From an uncultured delta proteobacterium (GTDB taxonomy: Bacteria; Desulfobacterota; Binatia; Binatales; Binataceae): a stretch of 64,000 nucleotides of DNA. The stretch spans positions 1,536,001 to 1,600,000 of the forward strand of contig CAWEEQ010000004.1 of the NCBI GenBank assembly GCA_963808235.1. The letters run 5' to 3'. The position numbers and the translations under genes are program-made. Position 1 is the first letter of the stretch; the number at the start of each line of letters is the position of its first letter. Below are positions 1 to 9,122 of this stretch, one piece after another. Below the pieces are notes generated by a model that worked only from the letters and a program-made list of their open reading frames with translations, was not told where the DNA came from and searched no databases.

Positions 1-575
1 ATGAGTACATCGATCTCACCCAGCCACCCGGCATCACGTTTCGCCAATATCTCGAGCGCGGATTCGGCCGCGAGCGCGCCACCGTCGACGACTGGACCAA
101 TCACCTGACCACCATTTTCACCGAGGTCCGCCTGAAGCGGTACGTCGAGGTGCGCACCGCCGACAGCCAGCCGCCCGCATTTATGCTGGCGCTGCCGGCC
201 CTGCTCAAGGGCGTGCTATACAACGACGATTGCATCGGCGCGGCTTGGGATCTCGTGAAGGGTTGGAGCTATCGCGAACGGCTCGAAATCACCAACCATG
301 CGCATCAAGTCGGCCTCGACGCACGCGTCGGACGGATCAAACTGAGTGAGCTCGGCTACGAGTTGCTCTCGATCGCGGCGCGCGGCCTCGAGCGGCAGCG
401 GTCGTTGAACGATCGCGGCCAGGATGAGAGCATCTACCTGCTGCGCCTGATGGACCTGGTCAGGAGTGGACATAGCCAGGCGAGCCTCGTGATCAGCCGC
501 TGGAAGGGTGAATGGAACTACGACTTCTCACGTCTGGTTAAAGGATGCGCCTATCAGGCGGAAGCTATTTTGTAG
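1..575 (+). CDS. gshA: Glutamate--cysteine ligase (GCS2/plant-type), 5' truncated by window edge
   Basis: Frame from nt 3 reads ...ATVDDWTNHLTTIFTEVRLKRYVEVRTADS..., the conserved HLTTIFxEVRLK-x-x-E-x-R-x-AD motif. Confidence 0.85.
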   Translation, partial: EYIDLTQPPGITFRQYLERGFGRERATVDDWTNHLTTIFTEVRLKRYVEVRTADSQPPAFMLALPALLKGVLYNDDCIGAAWDLVKGWSYRERLEITNHAHQVGLDARVGRIKLSELGYELLSIAARGLERQRSLNDRGQDESIYLLRLMDLVRSGHSQASLVISRWKGEWNYDFSRLVKGCAYQAEAIL

Positions 576-589
576 AAGCGATTTTGTAG

Positions 590-1537
590 ATGGAACTGAG
601 ATTTACGCAGCGCCACGTCGTCGCCCTGAATTTCCTGCTGATCGCGGGAGTCGTATATTTCGGCGCGCGATGCGTTAACGACATCGTCTTGCGCACCATG
701 TCCTCCAACAAGGGAGCACCGATCGAGGCGGCCGCGGCGCCGCGCACTGCCTCCGGAATTCGGACCCGCGCCTACTACGACACTATCGTCACGCGCGACG
801 TCTTCAACCTGGTGCCGCAGCAAAGTGCGCCCGCACCAGTCGTCGCCGAGGACCTGCACCTCAAACTGCTCGGCACTTCGCTGCTGAGCAGATCCAAGCC
901 GTACGCCATAATCGAGGATCAGTCCGGCACCCAATCGCTCTACCAGGTGGGAGAGGACATCCCCGACGCGGGCCGGCTGATAAGCGTCGAACCCACTCGC
1001 GCGATCATTGATCGCGGCGGTCAGCGCGTCGCGATCGAAATTCCCGCCACGGATATTCCCGAGGCCGGACCCTCGCGTCTCGGGGTGCCGCCCGGAATTC
1101 TCCCGCACGGCCTGGGCATCCCCACTCTCAGCCGCCACGGAGCGATCCGGCGTCCAGCCCGCCCCGCCAACAACGATGACGACGACAGCAGTAAGCTCGA
1201 ACTCAAGAAGCTTGGCCCCGGAAAGTTTGAGGCCAGTCGAGCGCAAGTAGCCAGTACGATGCAGAACCCGGCGCAGCTCTTCTCGCAGATGCGCGCCCTG
1301 CCCCATTTCGTCAATGGCAAAACTGACGGCTTCTCGATTTCAAACGTTGCCCCCGGTTCGGTATTCGAGCAGCTCGGTCTCCAGGACGGCGATATGCTTA
1401 CCGAGATCGACGGACAGCCGGTGACCAATCCGATGCAGGCGATGGGCCTGATGCAGGCCGTGCAGACTGCGTCGTCGATCGATCTGACCCTCCAAAGAGG
1501 CGGCAGTCCGACTCGGGTTCATCTGGATCTCCGCTGA
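590..1537 (+). CDS. gspC: Type II secretion system protein C (TM + HR domain + C-terminal PDZ)
   Basis: N-terminal TM, LKLLGT...YAIIED HR motif, C-terminal PDZ (GSVFEQLGLQDGDMLTEIDG). Confidence 0.85.
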   Translation: MELRFTQRHVVALNFLLIAGVVYFGARCVNDIVLRTMSSNKGAPIEAAAAPRTASGIRTRAYYDTIVTRDVFNLVPQQSAPAPVVAEDLHLKLLGTSLLSRSKPYAIIEDQSGTQSLYQVGEDIPDAGRLISVEPTRAIIDRGGQRVAIEIPATDIPEAGPSRLGVPPGILPHGLGIPTLSRHGAIRRPARPANNDDDDSSKLELKKLGPGKFEASRAQVASTMQNPAQLFSQMRALPHFVNGKTDGFSISNVAPGSVFEQLGLQDGDMLTEIDGQPVTNPMQAMGLMQAVQTASSIDLTLQRGGSPTRVHLDLR

Positions 1538-1540
1538 GCG

Positions 1541-2620
1541 ATGGAAGTACGCGCCGCGCGCCGAAGCGAGCGTGACGAAGTGCTCGACCTGCTCGAGCCT
1601 TGGCATAACGACCGCGAGTTTTTCGCCCGCTACAACAAAATCGATCCCGGCTTTCGCGACGAGCTGTGCCTGGTCGCGCGCGACGGCGGCCGCCTGGTTT
1701 CCACCGTGCAGATTTTCGATCGCGCCATAAATCTCGACGGTCAGACCGTTAAGATGGGCGGGATCGGCTCGGTCTTCACCCGCGCGGAATATCGCCACCA
1801 ACGCGTCGCGTCGGCGCTGATGCGTCTCGCGGTCGATACGATGGTGCGCGAGGGCTTCGAAGTGTCGTTGCTGTTCGCCGATCGCCTCACCTTCTACAAC
1901 CAGTTCGGATGGCGCGAGGTCGCCCGCAAGTTGACCGTGATGGCCGCCGCGTCGCAGTTGAAACCGGCCGATCCGAAAAGTTGGGACCGGTTCGAAATAG
2001 ATTCCTTCGAAGAGGCGCGCGACTTCGCGGAAATCGTGGCGATTCATCGCGCCTACAGCGGCCGCTTCAATGTCACCGCGATCCGCGACGAGCCCGCGTG
2101 GCGCGCGAACCTGCGTTTCGCCGGCAATCAACCGGGCCAGGGCTCGGAGGAGTACTTTACGATTTGCCGCGACCACGACCACGATAGCCGCATCGCCGCC
2201 TATGCACGCGTCACGCGCTATTACGGCATCGCGATGGTCATGGAGTTCGGCTACCGGCCCGGCGACAGCGACGCGATGCTGGCGACGTTCAAGTATCTCG
2301 CCGATATATCGTCGGGAGCGGCAATCTCGATTCGCCGTGTCGGCGATCATCGCCACGCCGCGCTGATGCGTGCAACGTCCGAGCGGTCCGCGCCGTCGAC
2401 GCTGGTGACGCATACCGCACACGATCCCGAACTCGAAAAAAAACTGGCCGACGCCGGATGCCCCGTAGCGCATCATGTCGACAACAACTACATGTGGCGC
2501 GTACTGTCGCCGGAGTCCCTCGCCCGCCGCTTCACGATGACTCCCGAGGCCGCGTCAGCGCACGCCTTCGATCTCTTTTCCAGTTCCGATTCCCTATTCT
2601 GGACCGCCGACCGCTTCTAA
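1541..2620 (+). CDS. GNAT family N-acetyltransferase (Eis-like)
   Basis: MGGIGSVFTRAEYRHQRVAS acetyl-CoA motif, FYNQFGW; 359 aa. Confidence 0.8.
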   Translation: MEVRAARRSERDEVLDLLEPWHNDREFFARYNKIDPGFRDELCLVARDGGRLVSTVQIFDRAINLDGQTVKMGGIGSVFTRAEYRHQRVASALMRLAVDTMVREGFEVSLLFADRLTFYNQFGWREVARKLTVMAAASQLKPADPKSWDRFEIDSFEEARDFAEIVAIHRAYSGRFNVTAIRDEPAWRANLRFAGNQPGQGSEEYFTICRDHDHDSRIAAYARVTRYYGIAMVMEFGYRPGDSDAMLATFKYLADISSGAAISIRRVGDHRHAALMRATSERSAPSTLVTHTAHDPELEKKLADAGCPVAHHVDNNYMWRVLSPESLARRFTMTPEAASAHAFDLFSSSDSLFWTADRF

Positions 2621-2815
2621 ATTCCCGGGGCCTCCTCCCTTCGGAAGAGGTCGTCGCGCGCGTACGCGCGCGACGGGTGCCACGCACCACCGAAGCTCAA
2701 TTCACTCAGCCGCCGTTCGCGTTCTCCTTTTCCGTCATCCCCCTTCTGTCGTCCTGAGCGAAAGCTGCTGAAGTCGAAGGGGGCTTCCGGCGAAGCGATG
2801 CTCTTTCTTTTTTGT

Positions 2816-3385
2816 GCCTCCACAGTTTTTGTGTCATTCCGAGCGAAGCCGAGGAACCCCGGATCTTTCTCGACCCCGATCACACCACGCCCTGCGCGCT
2901 CCGGCAACGCGACCGCCAACAAGATCCCCATCTCTCCCTTCGGGAGAGGTCGACGGAGTCCGCGAACGTCGGGTGAGGGCGCCGGCTTCCAGCTCGATGC
3001 GATCGCCTCCACAGTTTTTGTGTCATTCCGAGCGAAGCCGAGGAACCCCGGATCTTTCTCGACCCCGATCACACCACGCCCTGCGCGCTCCGGCAACGCG
3101 CCCGCCAACAAGATCCCCACCTCTCCCTTCGGGAGAGGTCGACGGAGTCCGCGAACGTCGGGTGAGGGCGCCGGCTTCCAGCTCGATGTGATCGCCTCCA
3201 CAGTTTTTGTGTCATTCCGAGCGAAGCCGAGGAACCCCGGATCTTTCTCGACCCCGATCACACCACGCCCTGCGCGCTCCGGCAACGCGCCCGCCAACAA
3301 GATCCCCACCTCTCCCTTCGGGAGAGGTCGACGGAGTCCGCGAACGTCGGGTGAGGGCGCCGGCTTCCAGCTCGATGCGATCGCC
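2816..3385. repeat. Tandem direct repeat, 3 x 189 bp, each unit carrying two REP-like hairpins
   Basis: Units start at 2816, 3005 and 3194 and are near-identical; each contains GTCATTCCGAGCGAAGCCGAGGAACC and CTCTCCCTTCGGGAGAGG...GGGTGAGGG. Confidence 0.95.
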
Positions 3386-3489
3386 CTCATCCCCCCGCTC
3401 TGCTTCTCCTGACGCGCGCGCTTCGCGCTGGCATTTGAATTGACGTTGGCGGATTCTGATGGGCAGGTTGAGGTGCGGAGGATGCCGCG

Positions 3490-4716
3490 ATGAAGGTTCT
3501 GTCACGATCCGATGCTTGTTCCTTTAAATTTCGCACGATAGTCGCAGCGATTCTCGCGATCGCGACCACGATGGCTCCAGGAGCCGCTGGCGCGGCCCGG
3601 CGCCATCGGGCGCCCGCCAATGCTGAGGAAGCGCCTGCCGATGCCGCCAGCAAATTGCTGGGCGAATACACCGAGGCATGCGTGCTCGAGCCGGTCACCG
3701 GCACCATCATTTTCGAGGCCAACGATCGCAAGCCGTGGCCGACCGCCTCGCTCGCCAAGATGATGGTCATGCTCATCGTCGCCGAAAAGATTCACGACGG
3801 CTCGCTCAAGCTCACCGACAATGTGACCACGTCGCGCAAGGCTGCCAAGGAGGGCGGCTCCCAGGTCTATCTCAAGGAAGGCGAAACGTTTTCGCTCGAC
3901 GACATGATGAAGGCGGTAGTCGTGCATTCGGCCAATGACGCAACCGTCGCGGTCGCTGAATATATCGCGGGCTCGACTGACTCGTTTGTCCTGATGATGA
4001 ATCAGCGCGCCGCGTCACTCGGATTGAAGGATACCCACTATTACAATGTCCACGGCCTGCCGCCCGAGCCGGGACAATCGGCCGACGTGGCAAGCGCTTA
4101 CGACACCGCGATTCTGGCCCGCGAGCTGGTCCGTTATCCCGATGTAATCCGATGGTCGTCGATCGACACGGCGCCCTTTCGCGGCGGCACCTTCGTGCTG
4201 CGCAACACCAATCACATGGTGAGGACTTATCCCGGATGCGACGGGCTCAAGACCGGATTCTACGACCAGGCAGGCTTCAACGTAGTCGCGACCGCGAAGC
4301 GCAGCGGACTCAGGTTGATTGCGGTGGTCCTCGGCAGTCAGCACAAACTGACCAACTTCAAAGACGCCTCCGAGATGCTCTCCCAGGGATTTCTGAATTA
4401 CGAGCTACACCCGATCGCCAAAAAAGGAGCGGCGATATCTCAAGCGGTGGCGGTGACGGACGCTGATATTGAGAGCATCAAGCCGGTCTGGGCCGACGAC
4501 GCCGGCGTATTCGTAAAACGCAGCGACCAAAAAAATACCATCAAGGTGGACTACAACGTCCCAGCATCAATCGCAGCCCCAATCAAAGCCGGCCAACAAC
4601 TAGGCACCGCACGCATAACCGAAGGCGGCCAGCCAGTAGCCACAATCGCCCTGCTATCCCCCTCCGAAATCCCAAAGAAAAAATCAATAGTCAAACGCCT
4701 CTTCGGCCTCTTCTAA
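3490..4716 (+). CDS. D-alanyl-D-alanine carboxypeptidase (peptidase S11, PBP5/6-like)
   Basis: Signal peptide; SxxK (ASLAK), SxN (SAND) and KTG motifs; PBP5 C-terminal domain. Confidence 0.92.
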   Translation: MKVLSRSDACSFKFRTIVAAILAIATTMAPGAAGAARRHRAPANAEEAPADAASKLLGEYTEACVLEPVTGTIIFEANDRKPWPTASLAKMMVMLIVAEKIHDGSLKLTDNVTTSRKAAKEGGSQVYLKEGETFSLDDMMKAVVVHSANDATVAVAEYIAGSTDSFVLMMNQRAASLGLKDTHYYNVHGLPPEPGQSADVASAYDTAILARELVRYPDVIRWSSIDTAPFRGGTFVLRNTNHMVRTYPGCDGLKTGFYDQAGFNVVATAKRSGLRLIAVVLGSQHKLTNFKDASEMLSQGFLNYELHPIAKKGAAISQAVAVTDADIESIKPVWADDAGVFVKRSDQKNTIKVDYNVPASIAAPIKAGQQLGTARITEGGQPVATIALLSPSEIPKKKSIVKRLFGLF

Positions 4717-4995
4717 TAATATTCCAGGGCAACGGCGGTGGGTTCATTGAAAAAAAGTTCCTGTTAAATCCGGTCCCCCTCCCACCAGGGGAAGGGGATT
4801 AGGGGTTAGGTTTGCCGAGGTTCAAGCAAATTTTTCTGTCGCGCTCCGACCGAAGCGCGGGACCGGAGCCTGCCCTGAGTATTCCCGAAGGGCGAAGCGA
4901 TGCTCTTTTCTTGTGTAGTCTTGACGCGCCAAGCCCAAAATCGTAGTTAGTTAGAAGCACATATTCCGGGTGACGCCTGCTTAAGTAGGGAACGT

Positions 4996-5059
4996 GACCC
5001 GTGTTTGTTCGGTTGGGCGGAAATCTGCCCAGATGCCGAATGAACACGGGTCTTTTTTT
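4996..5059 (+). terminator. Long hairpin plus T7 tract upstream of the PhyH-like gene (terminator or attenuator)
   Basis: GACCCGTGTTTGTTCGG pairs with CCGAATGAACACGGGTC (17 bp, 2 G-U); inner TGGGCGGA/TCTGCCCA stem; followed by TTTTTTT. Confidence 0.7.
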
Positions 5060-5095
5060 GGCCGCACGGGTTTTTTCCGAAAGGAGGTCTGAGCG

Positions 5096-5854
5096 ATGGT
5101 ATTCGAAGATTCAGAGATAGAGCAGTTCGTATCTGACGGATACGTGGTCTTGCGCCGAGCGTTCTCGCGCGAGGTGGCAGAGGAATGCCGCAGATTCGTC
5201 TGGAATCAAGTTCAGCTGTGGGACGACTGCACGACATACGGGCAGCCGATGGTGCAGATCCGAAAAGGATTCGGCTGCGCGCCGTTCGATCGGATCATGA
5301 ATGAACGGCTTGCCTCGGCTTGGGATCAGCTCGTCGGAGTCGGACGATGGCGCGCGCCGCAAGTCTACGGATACTGGTCGATGCTTCTGCCGGGGTTCTC
5401 AGGTCCGGGAGGATGGCATGTCGATGGTGGCAGCTTCCGGAGCAGCGGGCACTTGACTGATCACCACCATGGGCTTGTCACGCTCTTTCTGTTCTCTGAC
5501 GTTGGATCGGGCGACGGCGGTACTGCGATGATACGCGGCTCTCACCTTTTAGTCGCGCGCGCGATTGCCGCCGCGCGCGGCGGGGTCAGTTGGGACGAGC
5601 TCAAGCCGGCACTCGAAGCCGCGGGCGTGCTGAATCCGGGCGAGTCTCAGATCGCGCATCTCGTCGGTCAAGCGGGTGACGTCGCCCTGATGCATCCGTT
5701 CCTGATTCACGGCTTCGGAGCTAATCAGGGAAGTCGCATTCGATTTGCATGCAATCCTTTGGTGCAAATGACCGACGAAGCCGAGCTGGACCGCCCCGAC
5801 GGCAAATACTCCCCCGTCGAGGCGGCTCTCCGAAAAGGACTGGGGATGGAGTAG
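5096..5854 (+). CDS. Phytanoyl-CoA dioxygenase (PhyH) family Fe(II)/2OG oxygenase
   Basis: FVSDGYVVLR start, WHVDG HxD motif, GSH, distal GDVALMHPFLIH; RBS AAGGAGG. Confidence 0.8.
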   Translation: MVFEDSEIEQFVSDGYVVLRRAFSREVAEECRRFVWNQVQLWDDCTTYGQPMVQIRKGFGCAPFDRIMNERLASAWDQLVGVGRWRAPQVYGYWSMLLPGFSGPGGWHVDGGSFRSSGHLTDHHHGLVTLFLFSDVGSGDGGTAMIRGSHLLVARAIAAARGGVSWDELKPALEAAGVLNPGESQIAHLVGQAGDVALMHPFLIHGFGANQGSRIRFACNPLVQMTDEAELDRPDGKYSPVEAALRKGLGME

Positions 5855-6168
5855 ACAGCGCCCGCACATCGCCGCGCCAATCAAAGGCGGCCAACAAATT
5901 TGTTCCCACGCGCCGGGGGCGATTCCCTCAAGGCTGTTTGTGCGTTGGACAGGTAACACACATCTTAAGTCTGGACAGTGGGTGCAGGGGTCGGGTCAGG
6001 ATGTCGCGGCCTGAACCACTGCTTACCCGCCTCGCCCGTGTTGCGGGAGAGGCCGCGTCCGGGCGGGTGGGGTGTCTGCTCCTGCCGCCCCGCGCGTAGC
6101 GGTATAAATCCCAAATAAAGCGTAGGTAGCTAAACGTTTGTTTAACATTTTGTGAGACGCTGAGTATG

Positions 6169-6190
6169 GAAATTGTCGCATATGTAACAA
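6169..6190. promoter_or_regulatory. Imperfect palindrome, putative operator upstream of the desaturase-like gene
   Basis: AATTGTCGCATATGTAACAATT within an AT-rich intergenic segment. Confidence 0.35.
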
Positions 6191-6280
6191 TTTTAATTAG
6201 GGATCGTGTCCGCTAACTGATAGTCTTGCCTTCCGAACTGTTTCCAGACTGTTTTCCCTCTGGATCATCTCTCTTCAAAA

Positions 6281-7069
6281 ATGACACAAAAAGACAAATT
6301 CTACCGTGCCTATATGGACTTTTTCGAAACCGCGGAGCGCAAGCGCCGATGGAATATGTTCGAGGACGTCCCTTGGGATCAACTCTCTCCCCAAACCAAC
6401 ACCGAGCAGCGCGCGATTCGTATCGAGACCTACTGCGCCGAAGAACTCTATCTGCCGGACTACAATATTGCCGGCGTCGAGATGGCACGCGGCGTGTTCG
6501 GACTCGCATGGTTCCAGACCGCGTGGAGCCTCGAGGAGTCGCGCCACGGCTTGGTCCTCAAAGAGTACCTGCTCCGTTCGGGGCTGCGCAGCCCGGCGCA
6601 AATCGACAAGCTCGAGAGCGACGTGTTCGCGCGCTCGTGGAAACTTCCGTTCGCCACCCGGCGTCAGATGAGTTGTTACGGCGCACTCCAGGAAGCGGCG
6701 ACTTATCTTGCCTACCGGGCGCAAAAGGATCGCGCGGAACTCGAGGACGACAAGCCGCTGGCGGCTATTTTCTTTCTGCTCAGCCGCGACGAGGCCGCCC
6801 ACGCCGGCTTCTATCGCGAGATCATCGAGATCGAGATGGCGGAGGACCGCCCCGGCACGCTGCGCGATCTGGCTTACGTGATCGCGAATTTCAAAATGCC
6901 CGGCGACGGCTTGATTCCGCACTACCAGGAAAATCTGAAGATTGGCGGCGGCGGAATCAGCCCGCGTCATTTCTTCACCCGCGCGATAGTGCCGATATTG
7001 AAGCAGCTCGGAACCTCGCGCGACGAGCTGAAGGTCAGCACTCCAGCTCCGCTCAGAGCAGCATCCTGA
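6281..7069 (+). CDS. Acyl-ACP desaturase-like ferritin-fold diiron protein
   Basis: WSLEESRHG, QEAAT and RDEAAH diiron motifs, FKMPG. Confidence 0.8.
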   Translation: MTQKDKFYRAYMDFFETAERKRRWNMFEDVPWDQLSPQTNTEQRAIRIETYCAEELYLPDYNIAGVEMARGVFGLAWFQTAWSLEESRHGLVLKEYLLRSGLRSPAQIDKLESDVFARSWKLPFATRRQMSCYGALQEAATYLAYRAQKDRAELEDDKPLAAIFFLLSRDEAAHAGFYREIIEIEMAEDRPGTLRDLAYVIANFKMPGDGLIPHYQENLKIGGGGISPRHFFTRAIVPILKQLGTSRDELKVSTPAPLRAAS

Positions 7070-7193
7070 TCCGACTGTGCAGTAATCGCGCTGCATCGAC
7101 GGTCCTTTCCGTCAAGCAACGGCAAGGTGCGCGCTCACAGCTCCCACGATATAATTTCGTCGCGGCGCGTCGCTTGGCGCCCAGTTCAACGCG

Positions 7194-8117
7194 ATGACTC
7201 GGAACCGACTCCTGATTGGCGCCGCGGCGATCTTCCTCGTCTGGTTTGGCGTGAACCTCGCGCTTCATTTCGGCCAGATACATCACGACCAGCTCAATTT
7301 CGACATCCAGCAGACTTTCCCGCCCGACAAGCCGACGGTGCCGGGCGAGATTTTCGCGTCGACGCTGGCGGCAATCGTGGATCATGAGCTGCACACCGGG
7401 TTCGGATGGCGTCCCAATGATTTCTTTTTATGGGGTCCGAAAGTCGCCGCCGACAACAACTCCGATCGCCAGCTCGGGATAATCCAGGCAGTGCGCGAAA
7501 CCACTCGAGTCTTCAAGGACAACCTGACCAAGGTCTCGTCGAATCAGTACGATCCCAACCTGGTGATCGCCGACACCGATTTCCGAAACGACGCCGAGAA
7601 ATGGATCCTGCCGTCGCCGGAAGGGAAGTACAGTGACGGCGTCCAGCGGCTCAGAAACTACGTCGCGGGATTGCATGCGACGCCGCCGTCTTCGCGCGAG
7701 TTGAACACCCGCGCAGTGGAGCTGGTCAAGCTGGTGCAGGCGTGGACCGACTTGCTCGGCGACGCGCACGCGAACCTGTACCGCACGGTCAAGGATGACG
7801 GCAAGCCGGTCCGTAGCTGGGACTGCGATCACTATTTCTATCACTCGCAAGGCTACGCGCATGTGATGTACCACATGATGATTGCGATCGAGCGCGAATA
7901 CGCGGGCCAGCTCAAGGACGACCCGGTGCTGAAAACGCTGTGCGATGAATCAATCGACGCACTGGGGAAGGCGGCGCTGATGAAGCCGCTGGTGGTTATG
8001 AACGGCTCGCCGGACGGTCTGTTCGCGAATCATCGGCGCAACCTGGACGCGTTTATCACCGAGGCGCGACAGAAGATGTACTCGATTCGCGAGGAGCTGC
8101 AACGCACCCCGCTGTAG
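7194..8117 (+). CDS. DUF2333 family membrane-anchored protein
   Basis: N-terminal TM, GWRPND...DN, KWILPSPE, PLVVMNGSPDGLFANH. Confidence 0.65.
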   Translation: MTRNRLLIGAAAIFLVWFGVNLALHFGQIHHDQLNFDIQQTFPPDKPTVPGEIFASTLAAIVDHELHTGFGWRPNDFFLWGPKVAADNNSDRQLGIIQAVRETTRVFKDNLTKVSSNQYDPNLVIADTDFRNDAEKWILPSPEGKYSDGVQRLRNYVAGLHATPPSSRELNTRAVELVKLVQAWTDLLGDAHANLYRTVKDDGKPVRSWDCDHYFYHSQGYAHVMYHMMIAIEREYAGQLKDDPVLKTLCDESIDALGKAALMKPLVVMNGSPDGLFANHRRNLDAFITEARQKMYSIREELQRTPL

Positions 8118-8121
8118 GTTT

Positions 8122-8545
8122 TCATTCCGCGACTGTGACAGGCAGGGGTGCGGTGCGCTCTTCGAGGCAGCGGCGGTGTCTTCGCCAGAGCATTACTGCG
8201 GGAACCAGAAAATAAACGTATCCGGCGAAGCTGGCATGGTCGGTCCTGAGCGCGCATGCGACCAGGATTGAGAGCAAGGCCACGGCGACGTTGAGGAACT
8301 GCGAGACCATCGTGGTCCTGGTGAATGTTATCTCGAACGTGCTCAGGCCAAGGACGTCGCGCATCCTATAGGCGTGCCAATACATCGCGCCGAAAACCAC
8401 ATAGATCGCCGCGAAGCCGGAACCGAAAATGATCATGAGCCCGCGCGTCGCTCCAGATCATCACCGCGAAGCCGAAGACTACGTCGCTGACCGCCTCGAT
8501 GCGGTTCATTTCGTTACCGCGAAGCTGGAACTGCAACTTGGTCAT
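8122..8545 (-). pseudogene. TMEM175/DUF1211 K+ channel-like remnant with internal deletion and frameshift
   Basis: ATG at 8545 gives MTKLQFQLRGNEMNRIEAVSDVVFGFAV (TMEM175 TM1 motif), joined out of frame to C-terminal TM segments (ORF 8122-8436). Confidence 0.65.
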
Positions 8546-8678
8546 TCAGGACGGGCGCGGCATTTCCCGGCGGCGCGTCGATGGTCCCTCTCCCAAGGAG
8601 CCCCAAAGGCAAGTAGCTTCCAGCGCCGCGCGGTACTTCGAAGTGGCAGTCGCCCGGCCTTACTCGCCGGGACGACCT

Positions 8679-9026
8679 CTATCTATGGATCCAGTGCCAG
8701 CTACCGCCCTGCTGCCGGTACACGTCGCCATTTTCGGCGCGGAATCGCCATCCGTTTGGATAGCTAACCCAATGGCCCCGGTGTCCCTGATACCATTGGT
8801 CTGCAGGTCCGCCCGCGTCCGCGCCACGGCCACCCCAACCCCAGTGACCGCCCTGCTCTCGGTACTCGTCGCCATCTTTGTCCCGGAATCGCCATGCATT
8901 TTGCTCTTGAATCCAGCGGCCCTGGCGTCCCTGATACCAGTCGTTGTCCTGCGCCTTGACCAAGCCGGGCGCCAGCGCGAAGGAAAGGATCAAAATCACA
9001 GCAATTGCTAGAGTTTTCGTTTTCAT
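8679..9026 (-). CDS. Small secreted Trp/Gly-rich protein with two internal repeats
   Basis: Signal peptide ending VKA; two copies of WYQGxxGxW...WRFRxxxGDxYRxQGGxWxW. Confidence 0.75.
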   Translation of the reverse strand: MKTKTLAIAVILILSFALAPGLVKAQDNDWYQGRQGRWIQEQNAWRFRDKDGDEYREQGGHWGWGGRGADAGGPADQWYQGHRGHWVSYPNGWRFRAENGDVYRQQGGSWHWIHR

Positions 9027-9122
9027 TGTTTCTATCTATAGCGGAGTCGATGACTCTTCGGCCACTTCCAGTATGTTACGAAGATAACAATTGTGACTGG
9101 TTCTCAGCCAGCACGGGGCGCT

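Noticed and set aside
2617-3412. Repeat-encoded ORFs (257 aa minus, 204 aa plus) as real genes, or the array as CRISPR
   Set aside because: They arise from the 189 bp tandem unit of palindromic elements; there are no spacers, no cas genes and no convincing RBS
5945-5980. TGGACAG direct pair resembling an IS end
   Set aside because: No transposase remnant or matching second end found
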